DNA of 64,000 bases from Takakia lepidozioides (lineage: Eukaryota; Plantae; Bryophyta): positions 62,434,001 through 62,498,000 of the forward strand of contig CM060732.1 in the NCBI GenBank assembly GCA_030704615.1, written 5' to 3'. This document shows positions 14,001 through 26,567 of this stretch, piece by piece (the stretch's first letter is position 1; each line of letters opens with the position of its first letter). Position numbers and translations under genes: made by a program. The notes under the pieces are model-generated. The model saw nothing but the letters and a program-made list of their open reading frames with translations, did no database searches and was not told the origin of the DNA.

Positions 14001-14685
14001 ATAATGTTCTTGATTGTCCTGAAGAGGGTCACCCCTAGTGAGAATATCAGACAATGTATCAGAAAATGGATATTGTCTCCAGGCTGCCAGCACATCGGGC
14101 AGTTACATTCTCCTCTTCCTCTATGCATCTGTGTTTTGGTCAAAGGTAGACTTCCCGCCCCCTGTTTAAATTTCAGTATTGTGCCAAGGGTAGGTGGGCC
14201 CTTGAGATAATCCTTAAGGTCCTCGCCCATGTCACAGACTGGAAACAAGTTCAGGGAAGTTTTATGCCTAACTTCATTTTCATCGGATAGTCTTTGGGCA
14301 TCAGACATGGCTTTGGACACAATCCCTCCAGGTCAGCTTCATCCAGTAGGGTCAATTCTTCTGGTTTATATTAAGATACTTGAAAATCTCTTCTACCGTC
14401 TTCTGCCAAAACTTAGCCTGGTTTAACAGGAATGTCCTGCTTCCAAGAAACAGTGTCAATTATCTTAGGGTATCTGGTATTAGGCATGCGATTCAACTGA
14501 CCCCACCATCTGACCTTGAATTCATCGATGTCAACCATTGAAGTCACCACTGCACCCTTATTATTCCTTAAAGCCTCCGTACTTGCTGGGACTAGTGGGA
14601 AGAAAATGTACTCATAACACGTTTGCCGCAGCCTTGTGGCCATTGACCCCGCGCCCAGTTTGAGTGGAACACAAAGGGACTAGTG

Positions 14686-14729
<44 letters not shown>

Positions 14730-17435
14730 TCACAGGATTTTCCCCTTTCCTCATTCAAAGAGGAATAGAAAAAGAAAATAGAGAGAATGAAAGATGGTTA
14801 ATAATGAAACAGAAGAGAGGAGACCTGGATAGAGAATGCCAAGCCAAGTGTGTTGTTGGCCAACCAGTGTTTCTTCAAAACATACCAAATACAAAATAGT
14901 GTCCCTGGAATGCCCGCAATCAGCTGTGACTTTGTGAACTCCACCTCAACATCTGCACCCCAATTTACCTCATCAGCTGTCCAAACTAAGTACTCTTCCA
15001 AGGATAATCTGTGACCTATCAATTTGGGAAAGAAAATGATGGTTCAGGTTAATACTTGAAAGTGTAATGCCATTGGAAGACACTGCCTTACTTGAGCTGG
15101 CCACATACAATATATAGAGAGAGGCACTGCCTTGGCCATTGAAAATTCAATAGAAGTCCCTAAATAGCCAACACAGGTTTCAGTGAGATGTACTTACTCT
15201 TCCAGTATGGCAAATGCCATGAAACTATGGTCTCATTCCAAAGAGTTGGGAGCCAACGCTCAAGTGCCGGGAGGATTGTAGCACTGTAACAGCCAAGCCA
15301 CTATGGAACTTAATACCAAGTGTACTTTTGTCCATACAGGTAATACGACTAAATAGTGCACCCTACCTTAAGTGGATGATATTCAGGCAAAAACCTGTGT
15401 CAGACATTATGTTCCACAAAAAGAACAAGTGACAAGAAGTTTAATACATCCAAAGTATGCCCAGAGGACCAATACAACACAGAATGTACTCATGCCATTA
15501 CGGACGTTGGCTTGCCAAAGCCTTACAGCCATTGATCCTGCCGGAAACTAACCCTCCCGAGTCTTTTGTAAGGTTCGCACCCACCACAGTTAGAGAACCA
15601 ATATAACAAAGTCACAGAGAAATAGAGACAGTAAACTATACAGACACCTGGTCCCCTAAAGACTATTATTTCTTTCAGGCCATTTGTAACTTAGAAATCT
15701 GCACAAATTTCCATTGTGACAAGAAAAAGTTTATAAAATACAGAAAGATTTTAAGAAGACAATGTATTTAATATTGCATCATGAAAGTCGTTGCAACCTG
15801 TTGAGCATTTACCGCCAATCTTGTCATGCAGTGGGAGGGTTGAGAATGTTCAAGTCAGAACAGCTGAAACACAAAACCTGGCATCTGCAAAGCATAGCTT
15901 GCTTTACTCTCAGACACAAAACAAGCTGCAAGAGTGCACAAGGGAGATGGTACGTACGAGAGTGCAAGGACCCCCAGAACGAAGAAATAGAGAGTGAGCA
16001 CAGTGTTGATCAAATCCTTCGGCAGAAACTTGAAGAGAAGAAAGAGGGACAGTAGCACTGCACTACCAATAAATGGGAAACGTATGGCATGCTCCTTGGA
16101 CATGGTTTCCTGGACAAGCAGGAAAGAACAGGTCTCAGATAAGTGTGACTTATTGCCACCTGGCCCAGTTAGGACAACTGCATCCTGTAATATTAGGCCA
16201 ACAATCCCCTACCTTTGAATGGGGGAATCTTTGTTCCCCAGCTCTTCCAGTGGAGACTGGGAAACCAATAACCGCTCTTACGCGGCAACACCAAACACAG
16301 TAACACAAGCGCAGGTGTTGTCTGGTCTTAGACGTTAATTGCGGTCGATTGCATATGGGTTTCCTGAGTGAGCAATCCAAGCCTAGGGTTAAGAGACTCA
16401 CGGTGGGAGGGGCTGGCTTGACAGAGCGATGGCACCCAATGAACACTGTAAGGCATGCTGTTGCGACCACATTGAAATTTGGATTGACTTTCATTACCAG
16501 TGGTGCCAGCGTTAAACCTGCCACAGCTCCACTTGTTAACATCCACCACTGTGTATCTGGAGAGGAAAGGAGATAGTAGAGACTCACCAACTTTATTTCC
16601 TTCATGTACATCAAAGAGGTCCACGGGTTGAATCCCTGGTATAAGTTGGGTGCTCAGGGGCTGGACAGAAATTTCTTGTGGCCATTGCTGTGCTCACTTT
16701 CTGGTGGAAGGAATACAAAAGGGATTCTCATCTCTACATTCAAGGAAAGCCACAAATTAAGATGAGTCCATCTGCAAGCCATATGAAGGCAACTGCCAAT
16801 CCTGACCCTATGGCAAGTACAGTGAGATGACCCTTGGAGGCACTAAGAGAGACATCAACATGACTCTCACTACTCTAAACACAATGACAAGAATAAGAAG
16901 AAGAATGATGCCAGCTGCAGCTAGCACAACTGCCAGTGCATAGGTTTTCTCGCCTAATCCCCCCCCCCCCAAAGAATTGGACTTCGTGAGGCAATGCCTC
17001 AGCCTGCCTCCAACTCGCTCGGAACAAAGAATACCATCCAACACTGGTCCAGAGGTTTAAATACTAGACCATCACAGTGTGGCCGCAGAGCCCTAACCAA
17101 AAAAATGGGGTTTTTGTTGGAACCTTGGCTTGCAGTGAAACTGAAATCCCACTAGCGACCCCACTTCCATAGACCAACCATACACAGAACATCGATGAGT
17201 CTCGTATCACCCGCAAGGATCTAGTGCAGACCTACATGTACATGGATCTAGCGAAAGGATCCGGCAGGATTCACGGATCCGGCTCAATGACAACGGCATC
17301 ACCCCTGTGGATTTCAAAATACAATAGAACACATAGTCTGCAAACAGCTATCCGAAGTGTGAACAAGCAAACCCAACCAACGAAACGATCCAAACCTATG
17401 AGAGCTGCACTCGCCACCCGCTCCGCAAGCACCAT
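8456..17435 (-). CDS. SPP: Signal peptide peptidase (presenilin-type aspartyl protease), 11 exons
   Basis: Exons: 17435-17396, 16517-16402, 16109-15958, 15283-15198, 14952-14825, 12585-12535, 12296-12210, 11687-11618, 11148-11012, 9113-9036, 8575-8456, all GT-AG. Contains HWLANN, the YD motif (LFVYDIFWVF), LGLGD and QPALLYIVP. Colinear with Arabidopsis SPP as recalled. Confidence 0.95.
9640..10978 (-). mobile_element. Stack of three 5'-truncated RTEX-like LINE copies in SPP intron 9
   Basis: Shared 3' end (plus strand TGTACTCATAAGACGTTGTTTGCCGTAGCCTTGTGGCC) at ~9641, ~9919 and ~10140. The longest copy (10139-10978) encodes ...[11 protein letters not shown]...CPLCGQSEDSIHFLIHC and lies between two (GA)n tracts. 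Confidence 0.85.
10099..10138. repeat. (GA)n microsatellite at a LINE 3' junction
   Basis: About 20 GA units seen directly. Confidence 0.95.
10979..11006. repeat. (GA)n microsatellite at a LINE 5' junction, next to the SPP exon 9 donor
   Basis: About 14 GA units seen directly. Confidence 0.95.
13064..14680 (-). mobile_element. Stack of five 5'-truncated RTEX-like LINE copies in SPP intron 5
   Basis: Family 3' ends at ~13065, 13153, 13599, 13722 and 14607. TSDs: GGTATTTACAGA (13052-13063/13136-13147), TTTACAGACAGA (13140-13151/13555-13566), GGGACTAGTGGGAAGA (14588-14603/14676-14691). A (GA)n tract follows at 14690-14724. Confidence 0.85.
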
Positions 17436-18054
17436 AGCTGCCCTTTTCGCTGGAAATCAACCCTGCAGAAGTCTTCGTAAAACTGAAAAGCTTCAACCGC
17501 AGTGTATATCAAAAAGAGTCCGGCTTCTCCTTCCTCGTGGCGCCGGAAGCTATCAGCACTTGAAAATATACTTGCGAAGTGGTGATGAACAACTATCCTC
17601 CTGTTAAGCCCCTAGTTGTTCACATACACTGGCACAATCGAGTAGAAACAGCATGTCTGTAGACAATGCGAACTTTTCTTCGACGTTCTAGTATTGATCC
17701 TCTATGAAGGAGGGTTGATTTCTTACAATGTGCATGGATCCTTGGGCTAAGCTGTGATGCGGAATTGAAGTGTAGATCGAATTTTCAGAAGGCAGCAGCT
17801 ACCTCTTAACCTAATTTTACGGTACGATGTCCCAGCCTCTCACCTACTGCTTGAAAGATGTCACAGTGGCTCTCCCTGTCAGTCCCTACACGTTATGTAA
17901 TCAGCTATGGAGATAGTGTCCAACATGAACAAACGATCGAATAAAGAACTCAGATGTCTGCTGATGTACAGAGAGAAAGTCCTGGCAAACACCCCACACA
18001 CCAAAATTACATCAACATCAGCAACACCCCCGATAGAATGCAAGACAAGGTTTT

Positions 18055-21000
18055 TGGAATACAATGACGGACGGTGACGGACACGCTGTCTCGCTGTCCG
18101 TCACCGACTCACGGAGCTCGTCACCACTAACGGTGACGGCTCACGGACTAGTGCCAAAAAACAAATACATTTAAATTGTAGATTTTTAAAATTCCCACTG
18201 TCCTGCCCGGTTACATGGGAATTCGGACTGCCCGGTGGGAACATGAAGTCCGAACCATGGAAAGGGAAACATGAAGCCAAGACAGAAGGCTGAGTGGCTT
18301 AGGTCGAGGGAAGCGGCCACCGCATTCAGGCACAAATTCAAAGTTAATATCCTTGGTTCTGAGTTAGAATTTGGACCTAAACACCTAAAAATCTTGAGAA
18401 GCTTAAAAGCCAAGAGCTCATAAATCAGTGGCAGTACCTCACACACCTCCAAGCCTCTCGAGGTTGCATTGGCGCTTGAGAAAGTCGGAGGGCACATGTT
18501 TCCACTCAGAGGCACTTTCTGCAATGTTGAAGATATCAAATGGTTGTTTTTGCAAATTTTCAAAATCAATCATCGACATATGATCAAGCGGTGGATGAAG
18601 GGTGACACGAAGAAGCAATGGGAAGTAGAATTCTCAGCAAATAGGTCGTGATTGACCAAGGGGAGATTACAGGTCGACTTCTGGAGGTGAATCTTGGTTT
18701 CACCTACTGGTAGCTAGGTCAGACAGTGATAGTTAGTCTATCTTTTTCTTTTTTTCGCTGTGAACAGGTTCTTGTTTTCCTCCAAATCCCACAAGCATGT
18801 TCAATTTATAACTTCTATGAGCAGGAACATTGGGAACCATGTGTTAGCACATATTTCAATGAGGTGTGTAGCGTACTGTACCCATTTGATGATCCAGCGC
18901 AGCTTACTTCCCCCCATTATCGGTATGCCAAGCCCCTTTGCTTTATGGCATGGAGTGCGTATGAGGTGGACATGGATGTGGGATGGTTTAGATCAGAGTT
19001 GTTGAGTTATGTCCATTCACAAAGCACTAGAGGAGAGACAAGCGACAAAAGAAGTTCAAGATGAACAGAGGTGCTTCATGGTCTGATACTGCCCATTTGT
19101 TTAATATTTGTCCATCCCTATGAGCTCTTAAAACATAAATGTGATAATCTGTTTGGGAAATTCCAGAGCATTTGTCTTAAAACAATAAGAGTATAAGAAA
19201 GGCTTTAAATAAAGCCGTCTGCAGTAAAAATATATGTATAGACTTAAGCAAAGTCAGAATTGACAAAAGCCTAAGAAAGGCTAGTTAGTCAAGTAAAAAG
19301 AGTAAGCTTTAAGAACAAGAAAAGAAATCGGGAATAACTAAGCTTATATATCTTTAGAGGAAGGGCCCGGTGAGAGAGTCTAGGACATAGAGCTTGAGGA
19401 CCGTGGTAATACAGAGAGCGACGGTGGGAGCTTGCTACTCAGAGTCTTGAGAAAGAGCAGTATTCTTTGGCACAAGGCAGGAGAGGGGGAGGTTGGAAGC
19501 TTTGGGGGATTCTGGGATTTTTGGGGAATTGTGAGAGTTGTGGACCCTGGCGGGGTGCAGGATCGATGGAGAGTGACGTAGAGTCTGTTGATCATGGCGG
19601 CCGTGCTTTGTTCAGATCCTTATGGTTGCCTTATCACCACGCACTACCTGCCATGATGGATTACTTTGAGAAAAATAATCTAGGTTTGTCGAATGCCCCA
19701 AGTAACATGCAGGTGTTTCGGCTGGCAAGGATATATCGGAAAAGATCTAGATTGAAGGAGGACATGAAGAGGCTTCATGCACATTTGAATTACACGATAC
19801 TAATGGATCACAAGACTGAGCAGGTTCTTGGTTTCCTCCGAATCCCATAAGCATGTTCAATTTATAACTTCGTAAATGGGAACATTGGGAACTAGATGTT
19901 AGCCCATATTTCGATGAGGTGTATAGCGTGTACCCATTTGATGATCCACCGCAACTTACTCCCCCTATTTATCCGTATGCCAAGCCCCTTTGTTATGTGG
20001 CATGGAGTGCGTACAAGGTGGACATGGATGTAGGATGGTTGAGATCAGAGTTGTTGAGTTATGTCGATTCATAAAGCACTGCAGGGGAGACGAGCGGCGA
20101 AGGAAGTTCAAGATGAACAGAGGTACTTCATAGTTTGATACTGTATATTTGTTTATTTATCTATCCCTATATGCTCTTAAGACATAAATGTGGTAATCTG
20201 TTTGGGAAATTCCAGAGCATTTGTCTTAAAATAGTATCCAGATCCTAATGAGATGTTGGTCTAATGTTGGTCTTATGGTCGTTTGGTAGCATTGTGCAGG
20301 TAGTGACCATACAAGAACGCCATCGTTGCATAAATATCAGCATGCAGAAGTGCTTTGAAGCTGATGACGATATTCAATATTCTGAGGGGTTGCAGGCCTT
20401 GTCACGATAGCCCTCTTCTTGTTTATGATTGCAGCTCTTTTCCTATTGGTTGCCACTATAACACGTACTCTTGTACCACGATTTTAGAAACTGACGTTAT
20501 GCCTCTTGAGATAGACAAATAACCTGTATCAGCTTACTGTAGTGGATTTCTGCTTGTTGGTAGTTTGGATAAGCTGGGATTGAACTTGAAGCTGGATGTT
20601 TTTGCAACAGGTGTTTTGGTTTCAACGCTGATCTTCTGCAGGATGAAGCCAGTCTGAAATCTTCTTACTTCCCTATTTTGGCTATTCGTTGGAATGCTGA
20701 TGTACGTCCAAATTTTATGGGCTCACTACATACAATTTTGTGGGCTACTTGGTATGCATCACAATGCTCCCGCACTAAGCATGCATACTGACACTGAGGT
20801 GTTGTGTTGCAACCGCTGCTTCCATCTACCTGCATGTTTCTTGTAGCTACCTATCAATTCACATGGAATGCCTTGCATCTGCACCTTCTCTGCACTTTTG
20901 CAAAAGACTTTGACAATATGTAATCGCTTTATTTCCTCATGTTCCTACAGGGCAGTCTGAATTCTCATGTAACCGGGCAGGATAGTGTGAATTTTAAAAA

Positions 21001-21138
21001 TCTACAAATTAAATGTATTTGCTTTTTGGCACTAGTTCGCCGTCGCCGTTGGTGGTGACGACTCACGGAGCCCGTCACCGTCCACGGTGACGGACGTCGT
21101 GAGCCGCGACCGTCCGTCACCGTCCAAATTGTCTTCCA
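18055..21138. mobile_element. Non-autonomous DNA transposon with ~180-bp terminal inverted repeats (Mutator/foldback-like)
   Basis: 18055-18233 (TGGAATACAAT..GGACGGTGACGGAC...ACTAGTGCCAAAAA..AAATACATTTAA.TTGTAGATTTTTAAAATTC...CCTGCCCGGTTACATG.GAATTC.GACTGCCC) is the imperfect reverse complement of 20950-21138. No TSD recognised. Confidence 0.75.
18762..20232 (+). repeat. ~420-bp diverged direct duplication (18762-19181 and 19818-20232) inside the TIR element
   Basis: Both copies run from CAGGTTCTTG.TTTCCTCC.AATCCCA.AAGCATGTTCAATTTATAACTTC to TAATCTGTTTGGGAAATTCCAGAGCATTTGTCTTAAAA. Confidence 0.85.
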
Positions 21139-21541
21139 GGTAGGGCGTAAACAGAAAGCAGACGTCTTGCGACGTCCGTGGGTTGGTCCGTCCGGCAGAG
21201 TATCCCTTTCGTGCCCAGCGAGGTCCCAAAGAGACATGACAAAGGCCACTTGTGGGATCTTGTGTGAGGGATTTGTTCCCGAGAGGAAGAAGAAGACCCA
21301 ATTTGTGAAGGACTCGAGTAAGTTGGGGAGAGGGGTTGAATGAAGAGGAGCTGCGCTTGTGGGTTCGACAGAGAAGTCGAAACAAGTTCACAACAGTCTG
21401 CTAAGACCTCTCTCTTTGGGAATCTCGAACCTTGTCAACTACTTCACAACCGTTTTGGGGTTTATCTGGCGTTCTAAGTTCAGAATCCAGATTCCAGAAG
21501 TGAGAATAGAGAGTGGCGGTGAGTTCGGAGACCTGGGCAAG

Positions 21542-23956
21542 ATGGTGGGGACAAACGTGAAGGCGGAGACAATGACTCTGATGGAGAAGAGGACGGCAAT
21601 TGAAGTAGAAATGGATGCAATCATTACCCGCCTTTGCAGATCCGATGGACCGGGGCTTACAGGCAATCTGGTCGACAATGAGGTCATTTCAATAACTATC
21701 AGATATGGGTTTTGATGATCAATTCTGCTCCAAGCCAACTGGAAGATATGTTGTTTTGGTGTGTTTTATATAAGCATTTTAGGCTCATCACAACTTGAGG
21801 ACTGGCAGAGGCAAGGGGGTCGGACGCAGTAAGTGTCCAGTGCAGTTTCTAGGTCCAGTGGAAACCCGCGGCTAGTTCGCGATCCAGTAAGAATATCCTA
21901 CCCTTGTGAGTGTAGAACCAGGCTGGGACAGGAAGGGTACGCACAGAAACCTTTTTTCCATGTCTGTTGTCTATTCTTGTCCCTTGTAGATGCTTAATGT
22001 GTGTTCTCAATGGTTTGCTGTCATAGGGCTTCCCAAGGGCGGACATTGACATTCCTGCCATTCGAGCAGATCGCCAACGTCTTTCTGGTAGTTATCGAAC
22101 CCGGGAAGGTCTTCATGACTTCTTGCACAGCCTTCCTTGTCCGTCTACCCATTCCTGTCTGTCTTCACATCCCTGGGGGACCATTAGCAGTGCAGGAATC
22201 AACAGTACGGCGTTCTGGTTCCATGTCGGGCTCTGCCGGTAAGGGCAAGTCCTTGAATACATCTGTGTGTGCCCTCCACCCAATTATCCTTGGGTGGGAT
22301 TTTTTTCACCTATTTCAGCACCCATGAGAGGTAGGAGCTTTCTGCTTTATTTCTGAACGGTGATGCTTTGGACACAATCTTATATTCTTGCCATGACCAT
22401 ATAGATAGGCAGTGTGTCTACTCTGTTAATCACCAATATGTGGCATTCTGCTGGAATGGACGCACCTGGTGTAGAGGCAGTATTCAGGTACTGCTGATAC
22501 AATCAAGGATTCACTGCCACCATGGCTACTATCAGAATCCACCGTTGGTGGGTGCAAGGAGACTAGCTATGTCCTTGCATATCACTGGGCACATTGCCCT
22601 GGAAGTTGGTATCTCTGTCAGCAATAGAATTTGTTGTTCAACACTTCGGATTGTTGTGTGGGAATGCAGTGCTCCGCAATGACCACAAGGAGGTGACCAC
22701 CACCATTGAGCGAAACCTGTATATTCTCCACTCAGGCGGCTTCAACAGAGATTCAACACTACCATTGAAGCGCTCAGGTCTGGAATTTTCTCTGTATGTT
22801 TAACCATTGTAGATTCTCTCCCTAGACACATAAGATGAATGTAATTTGGTCTCGCCTCATTTTGTTCAGAGGAAGAGGGGTGGGGAAGAGACTTCAGGGG
22901 AAAAGAGAAGTAGTCTGTATGATCTCAAGGTTCTGTAAGGTCTCTCAAACATTGGCATGAAACATGGGAACAGCGGATGAAGAGTACGCGAGACCTTCTC
23001 AGAGAGTTGCTCCTGCCGTCTCCAACATGGCACACAATGCCATACCGCATGTGCATTCAGTCACAGGAGTAAGCTCCCAGAGTGAGGGGCCCTGTCCCAT
23101 GGACGAGGATGCCAGTCATGCAAGCATTCCCTTTGCATTTTTTGATGAGGTTACAGAAGGCTCACCAGCAGCATTGGATGGGCTAGTCTTGGGGGATCAA
23201 CTTGTGAAATTTGGGAGCGTAGAGGGGGCTGAAAATGTTTTACCACGGCTTGCTAGAGAGGGTCAAATGAATGAGGGACGAGGATTGAATGTGGTGGTCT
23301 TGAGGCGAGGTGAACCTGTCCACCTGTTGGTTACTCCTCGGCAGTGGTCGGGCCGTGGTCTCCTGGGGTAAGTTCTTTTTTTCTCTTGTACATTTAACAG
23401 AGGGGTGTTTAGTGTTTACGGGATAGACAAAGTTAGAAGAGGCCCTCTAGGCTTCAGTGCACCCAGTTGAAGACCCTCAGGCTGTGATATTGATGAGCTG
23501 GAAAGGGAGCTGTGTATGAAAGAGGGGGAGATGGGGGGGGTGAACTTACTTGCACACAGATCATGTTTCACTTTGGTACCTTGATGGGTTTTCCAAATTC
23601 CACAGAGAGAGCACAGATGCGTTAGTCTGGCATCTCTAACACCATGTAATTTCAGTCGTATGGGAGATTGAAGAAAAGACTTGTCATTCCAGACTTAGGC
23701 ACTGGGCAGCCGAGGGAATTGCAGTGATTTTAAGTGTAGCTCCACACTGGAATTGTACTATTAACAGTTCCACCACTTGTCACCTCATGATCATCCACCT
23801 CTCAAGAGAAGAGATGGAGGGAGGGATGAGGTGGCCCAGTGGTTGTTGGTAAGATGTGTTTAATGTATCTACCTCGATGATAAGACTGATCTTGATTCTC
23901 TGGGTTGCCATTGTAATGCCTATTTGTGTGCCAGGTGTCACATCCAGCCTCTATAA
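21542..23956 (+). CDS. PSMD9: 26S proteasome assembly chaperone PSMD9/Nas2 (PDZ domain), 5 exons
   Basis: Exons: 21542-21682, 22027-22087, 22670-22777, 22974-23367, 23935-23956. Reads MVGTNVKAETMTLMEKR...GNLVDNEGFPRADID...LRNDHK...PFAFFDEVTEGSPAALDGLVLGDQ...TPRQWSGRGLLGCHIQPL*. Confidence 0.93.
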
Positions 23957-26256
23957 GCAAGTAACATCTGCCAGTGGCATCGTTTAAGAGATGTGGGTCG
24001 CCCCAACACAAAAGCTGCAGCTGGTTTCTTGGCCACCTTTCAGACTGAAGATTCACGTGTCCTGTAGAACAGAAAATGCTTTGAAAGTATGCAGACAAGC
24101 TTACAGTTGCAGCCATTGATTATGTGCAATATAGTAGCTCGGGTTGTGTGACAGTCTCAGTCTGGTACCAATGATGCTCTGTAGTGCACAATTGAGGATT
24201 ACTCCAGCTGTCAACAAACACAAATGTGAAAACAAAGAGACACCCATCACTTGAGTGGTTTCCATATTTATGTGTATAGATCGCATAGGCAGTAGTGGGG
24301 TGGAGCAGGAGAGGGAGGTCTGACAGATGGCAGAATGTGTGTCACTAGTACTAGATGCGCACTTCTTTCACCTGAGGGAGAAAGTGAGGAATGGAGTGGA
24401 GCACTCTCATTAAACTGATTACCAGGCTTAAAAGTGCTGAAGTCTGCTTTCTTTTGGCAAACTTTTTGTAAGTTTCCATGCAAGACATCTGCTCTCCAGA
24501 ACTACAGCATCAGCCACAATTCCATACCTTAGCAAAGTTTTGAATATATAGGGGGCTGCTGGTTTGGAGAGAATTACCAATGCCTGCTCTTCAGGAGGCT
24601 TGGATCACACTTGGGCATGCTCCTCAATACTTAGTGTTGCCACAATGGGCCAGAATGTCTTGGCTTTTCTCGCAACAAACTCACAGTTGGCTCTCAGAAT
24701 CGCAACCTCCCTTCCACACCCCCCCCCCCCTCCGCGTTGCACTGCCCACAACGTATCATTACAATGTGAGAACCCTCCTCTTGCCTTGGACCCAAACTCC
24801 TCAATGGTGTTCTGTGAGATCAGCTTGGGGATGGCCTCAGATAGTAGTACAAGTTATGACTTCCCCAAACTATCTTCAGGGATATAGTGTCTCGCAAGAC
24901 TCCCAATATCTTGCGTGTCACGGCCTGAAACATTTTTAGCATGTTCACTTGAAGCCTGCCATTTCCTTCTGAGGTCGAAATCATCAGCATTCCCGAACAC
25001 ATAACAAGCCTGACAGCTCCCTCTTTCTCCTAGTGTTGAGAACGTTGTAGGTTTCCTGCTGCTGCTGATGGGTCCAAATGAGATATTTTCTCGATGGGAA
25101 CTCTCATGCGGTATGCAGTGAGATTGTTGGAATGCACCTTAATGCTCCATTCAGAAGTTCGCGATCGTTTCCATTCAGAATGTCTCTAGTTGGAGATCCA
25201 ACTAATTCAGGTCTACACTACTCTTGCAAACTGTATTGCAAAAAGGGAGGGGACCATCAATTGTACTGGGCTTTGATCTCGCTCTTACTTGCCCTTGTGA
25301 ATTTGTACCCAATTCTCGGGTGCCATGATACTTGAAGTCAAGTCTTCGAGGCCGGGAGATTGAACAAGGTAACTGAAAGCTCAGTGACCACTTCTTCAAA
25401 GATTCTGGGCTTCAGACAGAGGACATGTAATGGGTCTGAGCCTAACTTGGCAGTGACAGCTCAACACTCAGACCTTCTGACCGCAGATTTAAGAAAGAGA
25501 CGTGCAGAGACGTGAGAGTCCATCAACCACACAGGTGTGATGAGGAAGATCAAGGCCCTGCACTTCTCGATACCGAACTGGGTTTCGCTACAAGATTGTG
25601 TATAGGATTGTCTAAGTGTAGACATCCATGAGTACTTTGGAAGGCCGTCGTTTTCCCAGTCGACCTAATAAGACGACTGGAGTCTCGTGGGCGGCTGGTT
25701 GACTCCATAACCAAGTCCAAGAAAGACGTCGTCTTCTCCATTTTTTTCTTTTTTTGGACATCTTGACTGTAACCTGTTCTCTCAAACGCTCTTGGTCTTG
25801 TCTCAGTGAACCCCTTCGTTTTTTTGCTAGGTGAGCTTCAACAAATTTGGCCCACAGAAATAAAGAAAGGTGAACTCTCATAGGCTGAACATATTTCAGC
25901 TGCTATGACCTACCGTGACATGTTTGGTAAACTTCATGCTGGTCAAGCAGCAGACTAGCAAAGGGTCCCACTTCACCCCCGCATGCCTGCTCTTCTTTTC
26001 TGTTCTTTTTCTAGGAAGGGAGGGTCCTTCAATCCACTTTGGCATTTACTTACAACCCAAAAACCCAACTTTGTTTTGTGGGTAATAATCAGAGTAAGTG
26101 CAGGAGTCCAATGGATGTAGAGGCCCCTCAATCTGCTTTACAACAAGTGCTAGTATACTAGTGTGTGTTGTTGTCCCGCAGGAAATTACTAGACAGAAAA
26201 TAGTCAAACTGTTGACTGAGGAGCCAAATGGTACCATGAGGTGATTATGAGGCGGC

Positions 26257-26337
26257 TTGACCGTGCAAGCCTTATTATAAGCTGCTCATTGCTGCATCCA
26301 TCCGCAGCTGTTTATCTAGATCGAGCTCTTCCATCAT
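26257..26337 (+). promoter_or_regulatory. Putative core promoter of 4CL-like copy A (W-box TTGACC plus TATA)
   Basis: TTGACC at 26257-26262 and TATAAGCTGCTCAT from 26276. The block is conserved in mirror orientation upstream of copy B (~47697-47775). Confidence 0.55.
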
Positions 26338-26567
26338 CGGAATCACAGCTCTCTCTCGCTCGTCGGCTCCCAGGACTTCACTCTCTCAAATCTCTCCAAA
26401 TTCTTAGACTGTGTTTCTAGAGAGAGGACGTAATAAGAATCCGACGAGCAGAACTCAGGAATTGGCACGGCGTCTCTCTTGTAACCTAAGCTTTGATTCA
26501 GCGGAACTCATCGACTGGTACTCAGCCACCCACAGCGTCGTACTCTCGAGTGTCTCCCTGCCCAACC

